A stretch of 64,000 nt of DNA, taken from assembly GCF_000150275.1 (NCBI RefSeq), contig NW_002060950.1:2034106-2098105 (forward strand). The letters run 5' to 3'. This DNA is from Trichoplax adhaerens. Lineage: Eukaryota > Animalia > Placozoa. Positions 12,051-35,395 of this stretch are shown here, piece by piece. Position numbers and translations under genes: made by a program. The notes beneath the pieces were generated by a model, which saw only the letters and a list, made by a program, of their open reading frames with translations, was not told the origin of the DNA and searched no databases. Every line of letters starts with the position of its first letter. Position 1 is the first letter of the stretch.

Positions 12051-15000
12051 GTATCATGATCAAGAACGACTACGATTCCGGACACTCGGACAGTGAGGCC
12101 TTTGGTGATCATCATTAGATATTGCCCCTGCAACAAATTGATTTGTATTCTATCTTTGGTAATACTTAAATTGTTAGCATAAAACTCGGACAACATGATT
12201 TATTTAGGACTACAAAAGTGATAGGATAAACTATCCCGATACAGCAACTGTCTGTCTCTATATTGATGGTCATAGGACTGTAGTGCTGTACAATATGTAA
12301 TAACAAGTGTATAACATAGGAAATAGAAAGTACCGCAAATATCTCTGATATCCAAATAATTTCATAAAGCGCTATTAGATCAACTCTATCATATACAGGA
12401 CTACTCGAAGATACAGTATTTTACTGAATACAACTTCTATTTATATATGTAATTCTATCAACGGAATAACCAATTTTATGTCAGTTTTCATAGCTGTTAC
12501 GGGCAACGTATACGATATGGTATATATCGACAAAGTAGCTTCAGCGAGGTGTACGAAAAATTTAATATGGAAATTCAAAAGTGGCTTCGTCTAATGTACT
12601 ATTGTACGTACAGTATGTACTTGCATCATATTGATGCATAGATCACCATACTTCAAGTCATAACCTCACCGTATTCATGATAGTCCTCTTGATTGAAATA
12701 TGTTGAAAAAAATTGTTTAATCTGGACCGTTGTAAACATATGTAATAGGGTTTTACAGTGACGTAAAGAGTACTGTACTCCAAAAATTACACACGATTTG
12801 GGGATTTTTATTTTGCATAATCCATTCAAGGTTGAACATGTATGAACAACACGATAGTTACTATTAATGTATGAATTGATAATACAGTATTATCAGGGAA
12901 TACTAAAAGAAAAGTCACCCTCTTTTCTTTTAGTTGCCTAGATATTATGCGGTATAGCACTTTAATTCATCCGGTACAATATTTATTGCACGCTACATTG
13001 TTCGAATAGAGAATACAGTAGTAGTAAGAGTATACTACGAATGATTAGAATATAGGGGTATTTTTGTGTTACCTGTTGTGTTTAGCTTAAGCTATTGAAT
13101 TATTATAGCACAAAATATTCATCACCAATATCTAATTAACAGATATTATATCAACGATATAATGTATTAAGTTCAAAAACCTACTTGTTATACTTACCTT
13201 ATTACTTGTAAGCAGGTAAACAGCTTTAAAAAAATGATCACACCTATTTGTAAAGCCTCAAGGGATTAAAATAGAGTATTTTGTGGGCGAATCATCGCTC
13301 TCAAAATTGCCCACTCTGTGTGGGTTGTGATGCATTAACACAGTATGACCTTATTTATTTACAGTAATTGCACAACCTATACGATGACTTATAGCATTTG
13401 TTGTAGGGATTACAGAGTATTTATAATGAAACATAAAATTGCACTACTGAGGTATATTCAGTTTATATCTCGTAGGATGTTGCAAATTTTCTTTATAATC
13501 TTATCATTGAAATATAAGTTTTGAAGTTCCAAATAGTCAAAATTCAGCGTCGAGGCTAGCTTCAATTAATATACTGTTAAATTTTTGTTAATAGTAGACA
13601 GTATTCGGTTTGTAAATCAATTTACCCCATGAAGGATATCTTAGGACAATACAATTTATTTATAGAAGAGTCTTTCTACTTTGGGTAAAGAAAGTTTGTC
13701 TTAGCATTCAAAGGCATTCAGTAACTAACTCTCTTATAGAGTCAAGTACTATCCACACACATAGAGATAAATTAAATTCAACGCTTCCAAAGATAATGAA
13801 AGGAGTATTGCTAATAGTTAATGAAAATATGGCAATAGCCAAGTGCAAAATTTATTGATTGCTATACTGTATTAATAGCGCTCATATATCTACCTAAATT
13901 TAATTTTAACAGAATATTAAGATATTCCTTTATCAGCTTTTCCAAACTCGGCTCTTATGTGTAGTCTAATAAGACACTAAGATGACACCAATCAATACGC
14001 GCAAATTCTAATTTTTTAGTATTAAAGTATATAAATTAAAGGTATACGCATAGTAGAGTACTTCGTGTACTTCAAAGGTTTTACTTCATATCACCTCATC
14101 ATAATCTACGAAATTTTACTCTTTTTCATCATTTTAATGTAAGAAATCAAATAGTAGATAGGGATAACATTTTGCATATCTATTAGTGATTACTGAATTA
14201 TTCCCATCTAACTTCTCAAATCAGCGTCGTAACAGTTTACTACTAAAAGCGACTACAATGTAAAAATAGAAATAAGTGTAATTCACTTTCATAATTGATT
14301 GTTTTAATATATTGAGGACAAATGTTTAAATTAAGAAAGCGGACAATAGTCTACCTATACTACATTGGCTAACTGTTTTTACCTAGAAGATAGTTGTTAA
14401 ATGCATGAAAGGCTTGGTTACCTCAGCCAATTAGATAGCATCATCATGAATTCTTCTAGCGTAGAAGTTTAATCGAAGATAGCATTGCACTGCTATCGTA
14501 GCATCTATAAGTTATAAAACAATCCAAATCACAATCCTTTGGAAATAGTTTTAAATTACTAATTTACATATATATATGATATGCACATGTAGATTGTATA
14601 CAATACATTAAGTACATAGATGTTAGCCAGAAGAATAATATCTATAATCATTTAGCTGTCCTACTCCTTATTGAATATGAACATTACTTATGTCTTTGTC
14701 AGGTTTTGGGGGCTTATTTCAATTGCTAAACGGTGCAGTTGAAATTAATAACTTAGAGAAGGTACTCGTATAATAAAGAGACATTGCTTAATTCTGCATT
14801 TTTTCAGCTAGTAGGCCCTCATTTATTTCGAACATAACATAAAACTGACTAGTCTGTGGACGTAAGTAACAATAACAAACAAAAATCGGTATAATACTGA
14901 AGTTAAAAATCAATCGTTATTGTCCCTAAACAGCTGTTCCTTATTTCATGTAAGGCTCATCGATTATGTTAACAATAAATGACGCAATCCATTGTATACT

Positions 15001-18000
15001 GAATCTACAATATAGTGTGTACACATAAGAACATAACGTACAAATGTATTCATGCTGTATATACAGGCCATTTATTCATTTATTTACGAGTTTAATAATC
15101 TACTTTTAGCTGTCACAATGAAGCGAGAGAGCCAAATGAGACAAAACGCCATTAAATTAGTAAATTATAAGAGCAAGATATTATCTAAGTCTAGATCTTG
15201 TCACAACGAATCGAAAATTTCCCCGAATTTTACATTTTAATCTATTTGAAATCACAATTCTATGTATTAAAACATAAATAGCTGTAGCCTATCTACCATA
15301 CTATTTTATCGAATTCGACTTAACACTCACTATTGCCGATCATAACAATTGATAAACTAGTAAATGCCTAACATAAAATTCGATAAAGGAAGGATAATAC
15401 CAATAGAAATCGTCTTGAACTAATAAAAATCTGTTTAATGGAGACAAATGACTTCAGTGGAAGAATTGCTAATGCCCATATAATATATTGTTATACGATA
15501 CTTCGCCACCTTATACATATTAAAATTTCTGTTACACAATTTAATGGGCGAAACTGCATAGTAGAGTAGACAAACTTAATAGCAAGATAATAAAGATATA
15601 CCCTTTACCATAATTTGCACTGGCTTGTTCTCATTCTCATTACGTCAATAAGTGTTAAATATAGATAACTAGCTGCGTATAGGTCTTGAAAGATATTATA
15701 GAGGAAGGATAAATACAATTATAAATAGTGATCAAATCTTTATTATAAAATCTTACGTGAACATTGACTGCCTATCTTTATAACGGGAGAAACTAAAATT
15801 TGCTCGTACGATTGATTCAGTATCTACTTCACTATCTGGAGTTAATAAATAAGAGACCACTCCTTTATTAACAGTAATGAGTTAAGTCGAAATTAAAAGT
15901 AGTCAAAGTAGTCATAGTTTTGTTATTGCTTTATTTGCAATTTGTATAAGTTACTCAATACTGCAATGTTTGCTTCACTTGACGTCATAAAATCGTGCCG
16001 GTTCCTGACACCCATAACGTAGGCGGCAAAAGATTAATTATTTCGTTTATAGAGTATTTCATTGGAAAATATTCTTGCTGTATTATCTTTTTATCATAGC
16101 CTACGTGTGTATTATCAATACTATATTGTAAAGGCTTTGCACAATACCTGTACGGTTAACTATTACGATACTAATGTTGTACTTGCAGCTGCTTCTTATT
16201 GAACATTGCCTTAAGCTGCATTGTAATAATTACAATGTACAATATCTCAGCATCGTAAGGCTTATAAAATATGATCCAAAGTGATGAGTTTTTTGGTTTG
16301 ATTATTATTGAAATATGACTTCAATTTTTGACATATCATTTATGCAATAAACTATCTAATTTTAGTTATTTATTCAAATATTTATAATCAAGAAAGACTT
16401 CATGTTGAAGAGTTCAACATATTATAAAGTTTACTAAAACTGCGGTATTTAATAAGACGTTAGTAGAAACAATACATCCTTTTAAGAATAATAATTAATC
16501 CTTTGCATGTCATAATTATAATCTATGAAAAATTTTAAATTATGAAAAGAATCGAGAACGATATCTAAAATTTATATTTTTGATATAATGTATTATATTG
16601 TTGTATCATCTAAGGTTTCATATTGGTCATAGTTGGCTCTTTTACACTGAACGTGTACAGTATATGGATTGTAGTACTCGTATAATATTTGACAAATTTT
16701 CGTCTCAAGATAGAATATTTAATAACTTTTATTAGTTGCCAAGTTCAATTTATAACATTTCTATATTTAAAGCCAGTATACGCTAATACAACTTTGCAAT
16801 TGGATGGATGCCTTAGTAGCTCAAATCATAGCACTTTTATAAGTTGGGATATATTTGCTCCAACTGCGTGTTAACAGTAGGTGTGACACAGAGGTGCCGA
16901 TATAATGGTTTACTGTGTTGAAATATCCATAATAATAGGTAATGTCAGATTGAACGTTTTCACGACTATCGGTTCCTAGTTCCTACCAAAATGAACAATA
17001 CCCATAATAACGTGATATCAAAGAAGAAAGAATTTGCAAAATTAATTGCAATTTACTATACAACACAATAGTGTAATAACAGTAGAGTCTGAACTACAGC
17101 ATAATAATTTATCGAATCGGCATATATTTAACACTCCAAAGTGGAGCTTGTAATGCTTGAACACAGTGCTACTGATATATTGAGCAAGTGAATACCGGAA
17201 GAAATAAAAGCTTGATGCATTCGTGTAACATGTACCCCAGTCATGCACATAAAATTAATTATATATATACCGTAATTAATTGTTTTACTAAACAAAGACG
17301 CAAAACAAATATTATGATGAGATCATACAATCAAAGTAGTCAGGTGCGATAAAGAATGTGTTAGCAAACACAAAAATTTTACGTCTATTAATATAGTTAT
17401 TGTTGTAATACATTTTACTCTTGCCTCTAATTTGTATAGGAATAATCATGCCCAAATGCATGAAATTCTTTCCTTAAACTCTATCTTAAAAAGTTAACTA
17501 ATATAAAAAAAGCTAGAAAATATCAAATAAATATTCTCTTAAATACAAGCTTAAGCAAAGTATTTTATCTACCTCTTCTATAACAAAAACCATCATAATA
17601 ATTTTATAGTCTAAAATCCATGCGCCCGTTTCATAACTGGAACAATAAACAATATCGCCGTAATTAATATCGTACTCAGACATCTCTAGTCCTGTTACTC
17701 CTGTATTCAATTTACTAATAAGCTTAGAGAAAAGCATTGAAAACGAGTCAAAGTTGTAGAAATGTTTTCATTAATTTTTAACAAAAGCCTCCTTCAGCGG
17801 CAGACTTGGACATTTGAAGTTTTTAATTTCAGACAATTATTGTTGTAATGTTTTCATCATAAATTCCATTTAGCGTGATATTGATTACTTTGTATGTTAC
17901 AGTACAGTTGGATAATATGCATTATCACTTATAGTATGTGAACGCACCTCTTTAAAGTATAGTAGTACTATCACTTAATTAATAGATAATTTCCTACTTT

Positions 18001-19893
18001 CCATCGAAAGAAATCTACAACAGGCTAAAGCTTATCGGGATGAAATATCATCGTCTGGTTTTAATTCAAATTGATATGTTTCGTACTCCATTCGAGATAC
18101 CAAAAATGTCTTGAGGTTATCATGAATGGGTCGGTTTGTTTCGTATCGGCAACTCTCACTACAGTACAGTACAAAGGTTATGCAATGTTAATGTGCAGTA
18201 CATTAGTGGTGTTGATGATACAAACTTTTTCTTCTTTTTTATTTATTTTACACTTGTCTGCAGTTGTACTGTGTACAGAATATTGTTGTAAAATACGATA
18301 TTTTTTTGTCAGTCAAAAATATGGGGCATAAATTTCCATGAAAATAATATCAATTCTACAGTATTATAATTTCATTGACACTGTATTGACAGCTCTAGAC
18401 ACTGAAATCCAATAGTAGTGATACAGTTACTGCATACTTTAGTGTATTTCGACGTCCTGCCGTGGTACTGAATTCTGTTATTTGCACACACAAAAAAAAA
18501 CAAATTTCAATTGATTTCTACTATACTGTACAGTATCAGTATGACGTCAAACGCTATAGGCGGGCAACGGAGTGGAGTCTCTATAGTCTCTTACAACATA
18601 ATTATACTGTGTAGACCACTATTACAGGGGCGTGGCAAGTCCTCTAAAATGGTTGAAAGATATTCTGCTATAGTGTTGCCTTAAATTATGTCTTGAAATT
18701 GTGAAGAAATGGACTTCTCAATTTGGCTCCAATTTCATGTAGACAGATTAGTACAACCTTGAGCAATTGGCTCTTGATATTTTGAATTGAATAATTGTAT
18801 TTCTTTCCAGTTTCTAATACAAACTATCGGTCGCTGTTACATGTTCGGTCGCTCCAACCATTTTACAAGTCATATCGTAATACCGGGTTAGGCTATAAAT
18901 GCTGTAAAGCAGAATAAGTAAATAAATAAATCAATCTCGAGTCTCCGTAGAATAATAATTATTATCGCAGCTTCATTTACTACGATGTTGAACTGTTTTG
19001 ACTTGCGTGCATTTGCATATACTGCATTGTACTGATACCGCAGTACCGTATTCAAATAATATATTGCAACACAGTAGTGTATAGTAAATAGATTAACTCC
19101 ACGGATGAAAACAATGACAGGGTAGTCTCGATTTAACGGATGCATTTTGTGACTTTCGTCTCATCATATACCGTAGCAGGTATAATTTAAAGTAATTTAA
19201 ATAAATAATTACTGTTTATTTCAGTTAAAATGATGATATTTTAGGGTGCGGTCATTGAATATGATGCATAACGAGCATGTGTTGTCGTTGGTAACTTTTT
19301 AGATCAATTCGTAGCTTAAAGTAGGTCTAGATAACTTCAGTTTCCATCTGACGTACGGTACGGTAGAAGTAATAAATTAGCAATGATGCCTGGAGCAACA
19401 TAACATACGGCTCAATCAAAAAGAGGTGTAGTCGAGTAGTTGCAGATTAGTTGATTGCTTGCAGTATAAGATATTTTCCATGGTTTCATTAATTAATTAT
19501 ACTCTAAATACAGTACTAGTGGAAACTAGCTCACTCGCAACTCGTTGATGATACTGTACGATCAAGATTCAACGATATCTGACGTTGAAACTTTCATTAA
19601 TCCATTTTTGATAGTGGAATTGTTCTCGCGACGACAACAATCAAAGACTACATTATGACATGTAGTAGAAAGATTTATTATCGTTAAAGGAGAGTAACCA
19701 GTTGTACAGTACTGTAACTAGATTAATGCGTTGTGCATTCAGGACAAATATTATAGATAGAATATTCACAGTGACCATGAATCACCAAGAGGCAAACTGT
19801 CAAGTTGGGTGATCCGATAACGTACTCGATACAATATCGAGCACTATTGGATAAAAAAGGTTACTTTGGATAGGACTGCACAGAGCGTGTACC

Positions 19894-20640
19894 GTGTACT
19901 GTACTGTACTGTCGACTACCGCTCGTACTGTAGTTGGTAGTAGTACTGTACTGTACAGTACTGTACTGTACTGTATGTCCTATACAGTACTGTACACTGT
20001 AAAGTACAGTACATTGTACCGCAGACTAATTTCAAAAGTGTCAGTTTACAGTACTGTAGTCCTCTACAGTGTACAGTACTGTAGCATGAAAAACGTACAG
20101 TACTGTACAGTACTGTAGACTAGTCAAGTCATCAACTGTGCGTGAAGTGTTTTTGATATTTTTCATTGTTTTCCACTGAGCTGATACAGCCATACAGGTA
20201 CACTTTGCAAGAAAGTTCTTCATACTGGGTACTGTAGAAGAAAGCTCTTATTAGTACTGTACACTACTGTATTGTACTGTACTATACTGTACTGTACAAT
20301 GTACAGTACAGTACAGTACATTAAGAATAACTGTCAAGTGGCGGGGTCTACAGTACAGTACTGTACAGTGTACTCTACATACAGTACAGTACTGTACACT
20401 GATATTGTACTGTACAGTACTTCAAGATCATTGTGTTACAGTACAGTATTAGGGTCTCCCGAGTGAGTGCAGCGATTTATACAGTACTATATTGTGCAGT
20501 ACAAATCGGTTAGCTAGACTAATTGCTTACATACGGCTATCTACAATACTGTATGTACACTTGTACAGTACAGTATTTTAGCGTTGCGTCGCCCATATCT
20601 TATCATTGTTATCTTACGACTCTTTACAGTACAGTAGTTC
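19894..20640. repeat. TACAG/CTGTA pentamer arrays upstream of GRK
   Basis: Many interrupted TACTG/TACAG runs, with smaller patches continuing into intron 1 (21141-21212, 22604-22650). Confidence 0.9.
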
Positions 20641-21007
20641 GCAGTCTGGAGGTTTGTGTGCCTGTGAGCCATTACTGTAAACCTGTAAAGGTTTATGTGT
20701 AAGTTAACCGTAGGTTTGCTTTAATACTTTCAAAGTATCAGACAGAATTTGATTCAACTTCCCTACAAATTGCACACTAGTACATAGTTCATTTTTTAAT
20801 TTACAGTATTTTAGTATTTATTTCCGTTAGGAGCGTGCATTGTAGTTACTGTAGCGATCACTTTGTGCACCGCAAGTACAGTACAGTTATCCACTGAAGG
20901 CGGTGTTCTGCAGTCACCTTGATCCTGTTGCCTCACCGATTCCTTTTTATAGACTTTCTTAAAATCTTCTATCTGGTAACTGACTATATTTAAAGCTATT
21001 AGTCAGT

Positions 21008-29078
<8,071 letters not shown>

Positions 29079-31463
29079 CGGCGATCGGCAGTCTATATTG
29101 TAGCTAGATCATTATGTTCCCTTGTATTAAGAATCTTAGTAAGTTTAATAACATTATAATTAAGTACAATCTTAAACTATAAGTCTTTTTATATTAACGT
29201 TTGCGTGAAAATGAATTCGGTATACGTGTGATGGCTTCCCAGATTCTAAGGTTGTAAAATATTACCCATCTGCACGTCAATTTTTATTCTATAAAATCTC
29301 TCATTGAAAGACTGTGTCCAATCCTACTGAACTAGAATTTAGCTGATTTTTAGACTTAAATGTTTGGAATGACTAAGATTTTATCATATATACAGCTTAT
29401 CACTATTGCACTTATATATGAATAATCAGCAAAGTGTAAGATTGCTTAGTGTTTGCTATCCCACTATCGAGTGGAATTGAATATGAATAATGAATAATGT
29501 CTATAACCGGTGTAAGGTATGTGTATGGTACCTTGATAAATGCAGTACATTGCTTATTTTCTTCTTTTAGAGTTTTGTTATCATCTGTTAAATCAATGTA
29601 GTCGCTAGCTGCCTTGCGACTGCTGCATGACAATGGTATTTTTATTCAACTATGTTGGGTAAATGCTAACGGTATACTTGAGAGTCTACGATATTCGAAT
29701 TAGTTCTGTTGTTCTTCATATTATTTACTCTCACTTTAGTTGATTGTTTGATTGTGTCCATGTCTTAAATTTCGAAATTCATCAACTGGTTAAAATTACT
29801 TTACATTGTTTGCCTCCTACACTACAATTCCCTTAACCGATATTTATGCATACTCTCATGTGTTCTCTGAACGATAAGTACCTGATAGCATTTATTCTGA
29901 CTAGGTGATGGCCATAAAAATTTTATAACAATAGACCTGCGGTGTCATGTACTTATTTTCTTTTTATTTGTTGGAATATTCATTATGTACTGAAACGAGG
30001 TTAAAAGTTGCTTCATTCTTGGAAGACCTAATTGGGCTAGTAGCCCTCAAATCTACTGTATAGTATTACACAATTACTTTGGTAGCCTGGCTTCAACAAG
30101 AGCACATTATTGTATATGATACATTTTTGCACGGTTTACTATACGTATGAACTAGCAAACAATCCCGCCGGCTTGTTGGTGGTTACCTTAATAACATTTA
30201 TTGTACTCGTTCGTTATACTTCGCGTACTATACTGTACATGTACAGTCCTTGTATTTTTACTTTACTGATCAACATACTGTATGTATCTAGAGTACATAC
30301 ATTGTGACATTAGCGAAAAAGCCGTACATGTATTTGAAATTACAACTTACAACCACTCCGAACGGCTAGCGGATCAGTTATCAGTCAGTCACGGTTTCCT
30401 TCGTACTGGACTGTATACGGTGCTCGTAGTAATGTCAAGAGAGATTGTAGACATTTCCCTTAATATATAGCTGATTGATTGGTTGACGATTAATCGATTA
30501 TATATTCGTACGAGTATTATTTGAAGTCTACAGCAATAGCTTTATTGCAAATAAGTCTAAGAATACGATAAAACAATTTTACGTTACTGTAATACTGTGC
30601 TCGTATTCGTCCTGTATGTGTTGAAAAGCATACACAACGAGATGCTAATTTATAACCTAATAGGAATGTACCCTTATTATATTACAATAACTTGTAACTT
30701 ATGTACTGCAGCCATATATCCATGATTACGATATACTTTAGAACTAGACAGGAATGGCTACTTTTTACAAATAAGCCGTAATTCTGCAAAATTATTGTTA
30801 ATCGCTTCGAGTATTCTAGCTACCGGTTAAATATTTTAAGCTGGCGCTGCATTACATTACACCACTAACTCTGTTAGACTATGCCATAAGTCCTACTTCC
30901 AGTCGATAATAGTAACTTATGAATATCGCTATTTATGAAGTGTCTGGTCTGTAACCAATGGCGTAACCGCTGTAATTATCACCGCTCGTTAAATTACATA
31001 CCAGGTACACATGCAGAATTTCTTCGGTAGATCCGTATTTAACAGCGTAGAAAGTGCCGTGCCGTACAGTCTAGGTCAGCAAGCGAACATAATAGTACTC
31101 TAACACAACCGTAAAATTTAGCTAAGGTTAGAATCTACGTTCTTTTGGTTAGTGGTCATAATAAATGCTAAGCTTTCTGGTTAGAATTTTAAGCTTTTAT
31201 CGTAGACACGAGTAAGTGCTGAGCACACGAAGCCGTAACAATAAAAATTTGTATGTAATGAAGGAAATCATGGAACATTTTTATTACCCTTTAAACAAAT
31301 AGCTCAATATTATATTAGGTAACAACTATAGATATTCAAAAAGCAATAAAAAAAACATTGTTGTGCTAATTAATTTCCATCATTAAGCCATCTTACAACT
31401 TTAGTTCAATCCAGGCATCATAAGAAATATTTTCAGATCCTCTAGTTTGCCACAAACATTGAT

Positions 31464-34400
31464 TTATAAGGAGCGCATTCCGTATGTAGTAGATAACTGC
31501 TTTATAATATTAACAGCTTGACGAGTTTCTAACAATAATCGCGCTTCGCGGAGCCAATCACTTGCAACTCGCCTCGGCTCACCTCGTAATTGATTGACAA
31601 ATCGCACTGCTTGTTCTAATTCCCCGTGGAAAAGATAATGATCTGCATACGCAAGTAATTTGTAAGTATCCATATCTTTGGGATTAATTTCCTTAACATC
31701 TAAATTAGGCTTGACATTTAACATGAGTATAGACTGAAAATAAGATAATGCATAAGTCAATAAACCGACTCTTTCTTCACCAACAAGATTAACCCTTTGG
31801 GCTATTTTCTTAACGCGAACAAATCGTTGCATCAATCCCTCCTCAGTATATACGCCACGCTCAATTGCAACTTTTGGAATAATTTGCAGCACTATATTTG
31901 CTAATGGTTCATCATCAAGAAGTTTTTCCACAGTAAGAAAATGCTCCTTGAGAGGACAAGTAATATTATCCGTTACGTCAGTACTTAAAGCTGCATCTAG
32001 AGACTGGCAAGCTAGCCACAACTCCTGAGCTTGTTTGCCTTTTTGTAGTAATTCAGATTTTTCTACGATGGCATGCTCAATTCCGTGCAAACGAGATAAT
32101 ACAGCCTTTAACTCCAAATGATGTTTCTTTTCTAGCTCACTAATTCGGTTTGCGGTTTCATGTGACCATTTTTCTTCGAGACTTCCAGCTTGTTCTTGCA
32201 ATGTTTGCTGCAAATGATCACTATGTGCTGCAGACTGCCTCTGAAGCTGACGACGCAAATCAATTTCAAAATCATTCTGCAACTCAATGATCTATATTTT
32301 AAAAAGATATTCGTAATATGTTAATGTGACATTAAGTATGAGAAAGATAATAGTTGTAAAGTATTCAGTAATAACCTTGCGTTCGATTTCTAAATGGTGA
32401 GCATAATTAAGTTTTTCCCTCTCAATTTGGTAATGACTGTCAGCTATATTAGCAGTTAATTCTTCCTTTTTCATCAAAGCTTCTTTCAATCTCTTTTGTT
32501 CCAAAACTCTTTGCTGTTCTAATTCTTTCGTTAACTGTTCATTTCTACGATGAGTAAATGCAACGAGAAGATTTAATTCCAAGTTGGATAAATCTCTCGT
32601 GCTTTCCAATTCTTCCTTGTCTGATGACGAATCTTTCAGAGAATCTTTAAACTCTAATCTCGCCTTATCAAGTTGTTCTTTGTATTCGTTAATGATAGAG
32701 GCGTCAACTTTAGATGCTTCTAACTTTATATTAGCTTCTTGGACTCTTTGATGGAGCTGTATGAAATAATAAACTAAATTAGTTAGTTTAAATTAACTAA
32801 AATATAGTTTAGCAATATATACCCTGACGATGTCATCCTGTAATGCTTCTACCCCAGAAAATTCATCAGATTCCCTACTTTTATCCAACAGAGTTTGTAT
32901 TTTCTCCTTTATTAAAAAGAACTTTCTTGACACATCAACTGCGTCTAATTCAGTCCTGGTAGCATTAGATGCCAATGATTTGGTATTATCCCATAAATTT
33001 TTACTGTCATCAGATTCTATGTCACAATATAATCAGCAAAGTTCTTTGGTATAAAAGCTAACTTCAATTATAATACGCGAGAATTGACTGTAATATATTA
33101 GATACCTATATCTGTTTTTTGCATTGCAGCTTGAAGAGATTTTGTATATTCTTGATATACTTCGCTAACTTGTTCCAATTTATTGCAAGCTTCATTACCA
33201 GTTTGTAAGAAATCTTCCATTGTTTTTTCCAATAACGGTACTAATTCGCTCCTATCTAGCAGTTTATTAATTTCTTCTTCAGTATTCGCTTCATTGGCAG
33301 TGCTTTCTACACTAATTCCTGAATGTAACCCTAAAGATAAAGCATGGCAATGAGTTACACACAGGAGTAATTCTTTCAAGATTAGAAATACTCAATATAC
33401 AGATTTCAAATGAAAATCCAATTTGCCTACCTTCGTCGATAGTCGTTGTTGAAATTGTTGACGCCGTATCTACTACCACTGTGTCATTGACATTAGTTTT
33501 ATCGATAGGTTTAGTATCCTGCCCAGATGCGTTTTTGTTATCGTTTATAGCACTTTCGGTATGTCCTATCTCCTGGCTATTTGGTACCGATATTCCTACT
33601 GCTGTATGCTCTTGCTTATCAGGAATTTCTTCCTTAACTTGTTCTAAACTAGCAATGGAAGGTATAGGGTCCTTATCTTTTACACCAGAAGTTGCAGATT
33701 CCGCAGTCGATAATTCAGACGTATTTACAGACGATGTCTTAGACTCGCTAAGTTTCACATCTTCAGGTCGGATATCCAGCTATTAATGTTAACAGAACAT
33801 TTGCAAAGATATTGAGGATTTAATAGGGAGTACAACCGTTTTAAACATTTGATACATTTTAAAATATCGAGTAGATACGTATGCCGCAATCGATCAGCAG
33901 ATGCGGTATCCTACGCTCCATACCTTGTCAATCTGGCTAGATTCTGAGTACTTTATAGGAAAAGAAAATTCTCTTTCGTTTAAGGTTTCAGAACTATAGC
34001 ATTAATATATGACCCAAGATTGGTTGAAGAACAGACAAACAGTTAGCACGCCTTTGAATATTATAATCTTGATACGACGCAATAGCATGGTTGTTTACTT
34101 CATTAATGAATCCTACTAACCTAGTTAATGCAGGCTGTTTTCCAAGAAATAAGTTCAATACGCCTTTGGAGATGGGCAGATAACTTTCAATTTGCCGTCT
34201 ATTATCTGTTGATTCTGATGCATAATAAACTGAAAATCCAGTACCAGCTACTCCTAATGCTACGGCAGCAATGGCAACTTTCCCAGCAGTACTACTGCAA
34301 TTTTGAAATCTTGCATTAGTCATGTTATCATTTCTCTAATAATAAGACTATAGTCGGAGAGTTTGGCACTAGTCAATAAAATAGTTGTTGGAGCTATCGT

Positions 34401-35395
34401 ACCACACTGCCAAGTTCATGACAGGGTAAACCACAAAAAACAAGCAACGGGCCATACAAATACAGTACTGTATTCTACATGTACATTATAGCCCGCTAAA
34501 CGGTAATACCGAATTGATTTAACTAGAATTTTTAACGATCTTTATAGAAGTAGAAGTCCTGTCTCGCTCGAATTCATATGGACTTGATCGAGCGTTCGCA
34601 GGAAAACCTACGTATAGCAATCTGTTAATGCAAAATATGGAAACTCTTCTATGACAATACCCAAGAAATTTTAGACGATACATTGATTGCAATCTACACC
34701 CTATTCAGTTGTCCAGTACTACAAAAACTATTCCCTTCTCACTGTATCTCAGCGTTATTGACAGTGCTACTGTAGAAAAGATAGTAATTTAAGCTGTACC
34801 CTGTAAATTCTTACCTGCTTGAAGTAGACGGAGGTGATGAACAGTAATGACGACTGCATTGTTTCCCAGGTGTATTGCATACCTTGGTAATGTTAATCTT
34901 GACGTAAACATAGATAGTAATTAATAAAATAATCCATCATAAGAATACACCCATGCTGGCAAAACAAGGATTTCTAAAATGGTCCAAAATTATTATCAAT
35001 CCTACGACTATGTATGCAACTTGACGTCTACATGGAGCTATCGAGAGTTCTTGATACTAACGATTTATCTAGCAAAGCAACACCAATATGGCAAGCTGTA
35101 TCACTAGAATATTACAACTACTCGTAAGCATAACCCTATACAATATCATTATGATGTAATAGCATGGATAACATAGCCAATCGCCAAGGCAAGATGGCGC
35201 TCAACAAAACTCGTTGCCGATTTTTACGCCACACGCGTAATCCGATCGAAAAAGTACAAGGATCATCACACACTAATCCACTGCAATTAAAATTATTTCA
35301 TCGCCATCACTAACTCACTATTACTTTACCTTGATTCTGTACTTTTCAGGCACTTGCCTAATGTTATGTACCGCTGATGATGTCCTGCGCCACAT
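31464..35395 (-). CDS. IMMT: Mitofilin / MICOS subunit MIC60 (multi-exon)
   Basis: Presequence-like MWRRTSSAVHNIRQ at 35395, TM segment KVAIAAVALGVAGTGFSVYYA, and coiled-coil exons. The C-terminal mitofilin domain reads LRRQLQRQSAAHSDHL...AQELWLACQSL...RGVYTEEGLMQRF...GELEQAVRFVNQLRGEPRRVASDWLREARLLLETRQA. Confidence 0.95.

Noticed and set aside
11634-12196. Overlapping ORFs rich in YSTVQ/YCTVL (also at 1975-2336, 19894-20466, 22598-22897 and 41498-41906)
   Set aside because: They are translations of TACAG/CTGTA repeats, which contain few stop codons, and are not proteins.
29821-29832. ACTACAATTCCC (ZNF143-like motif)
   Set aside because: It lies downstream of the GRK stop with no promoter or snRNA context and is a single occurrence.
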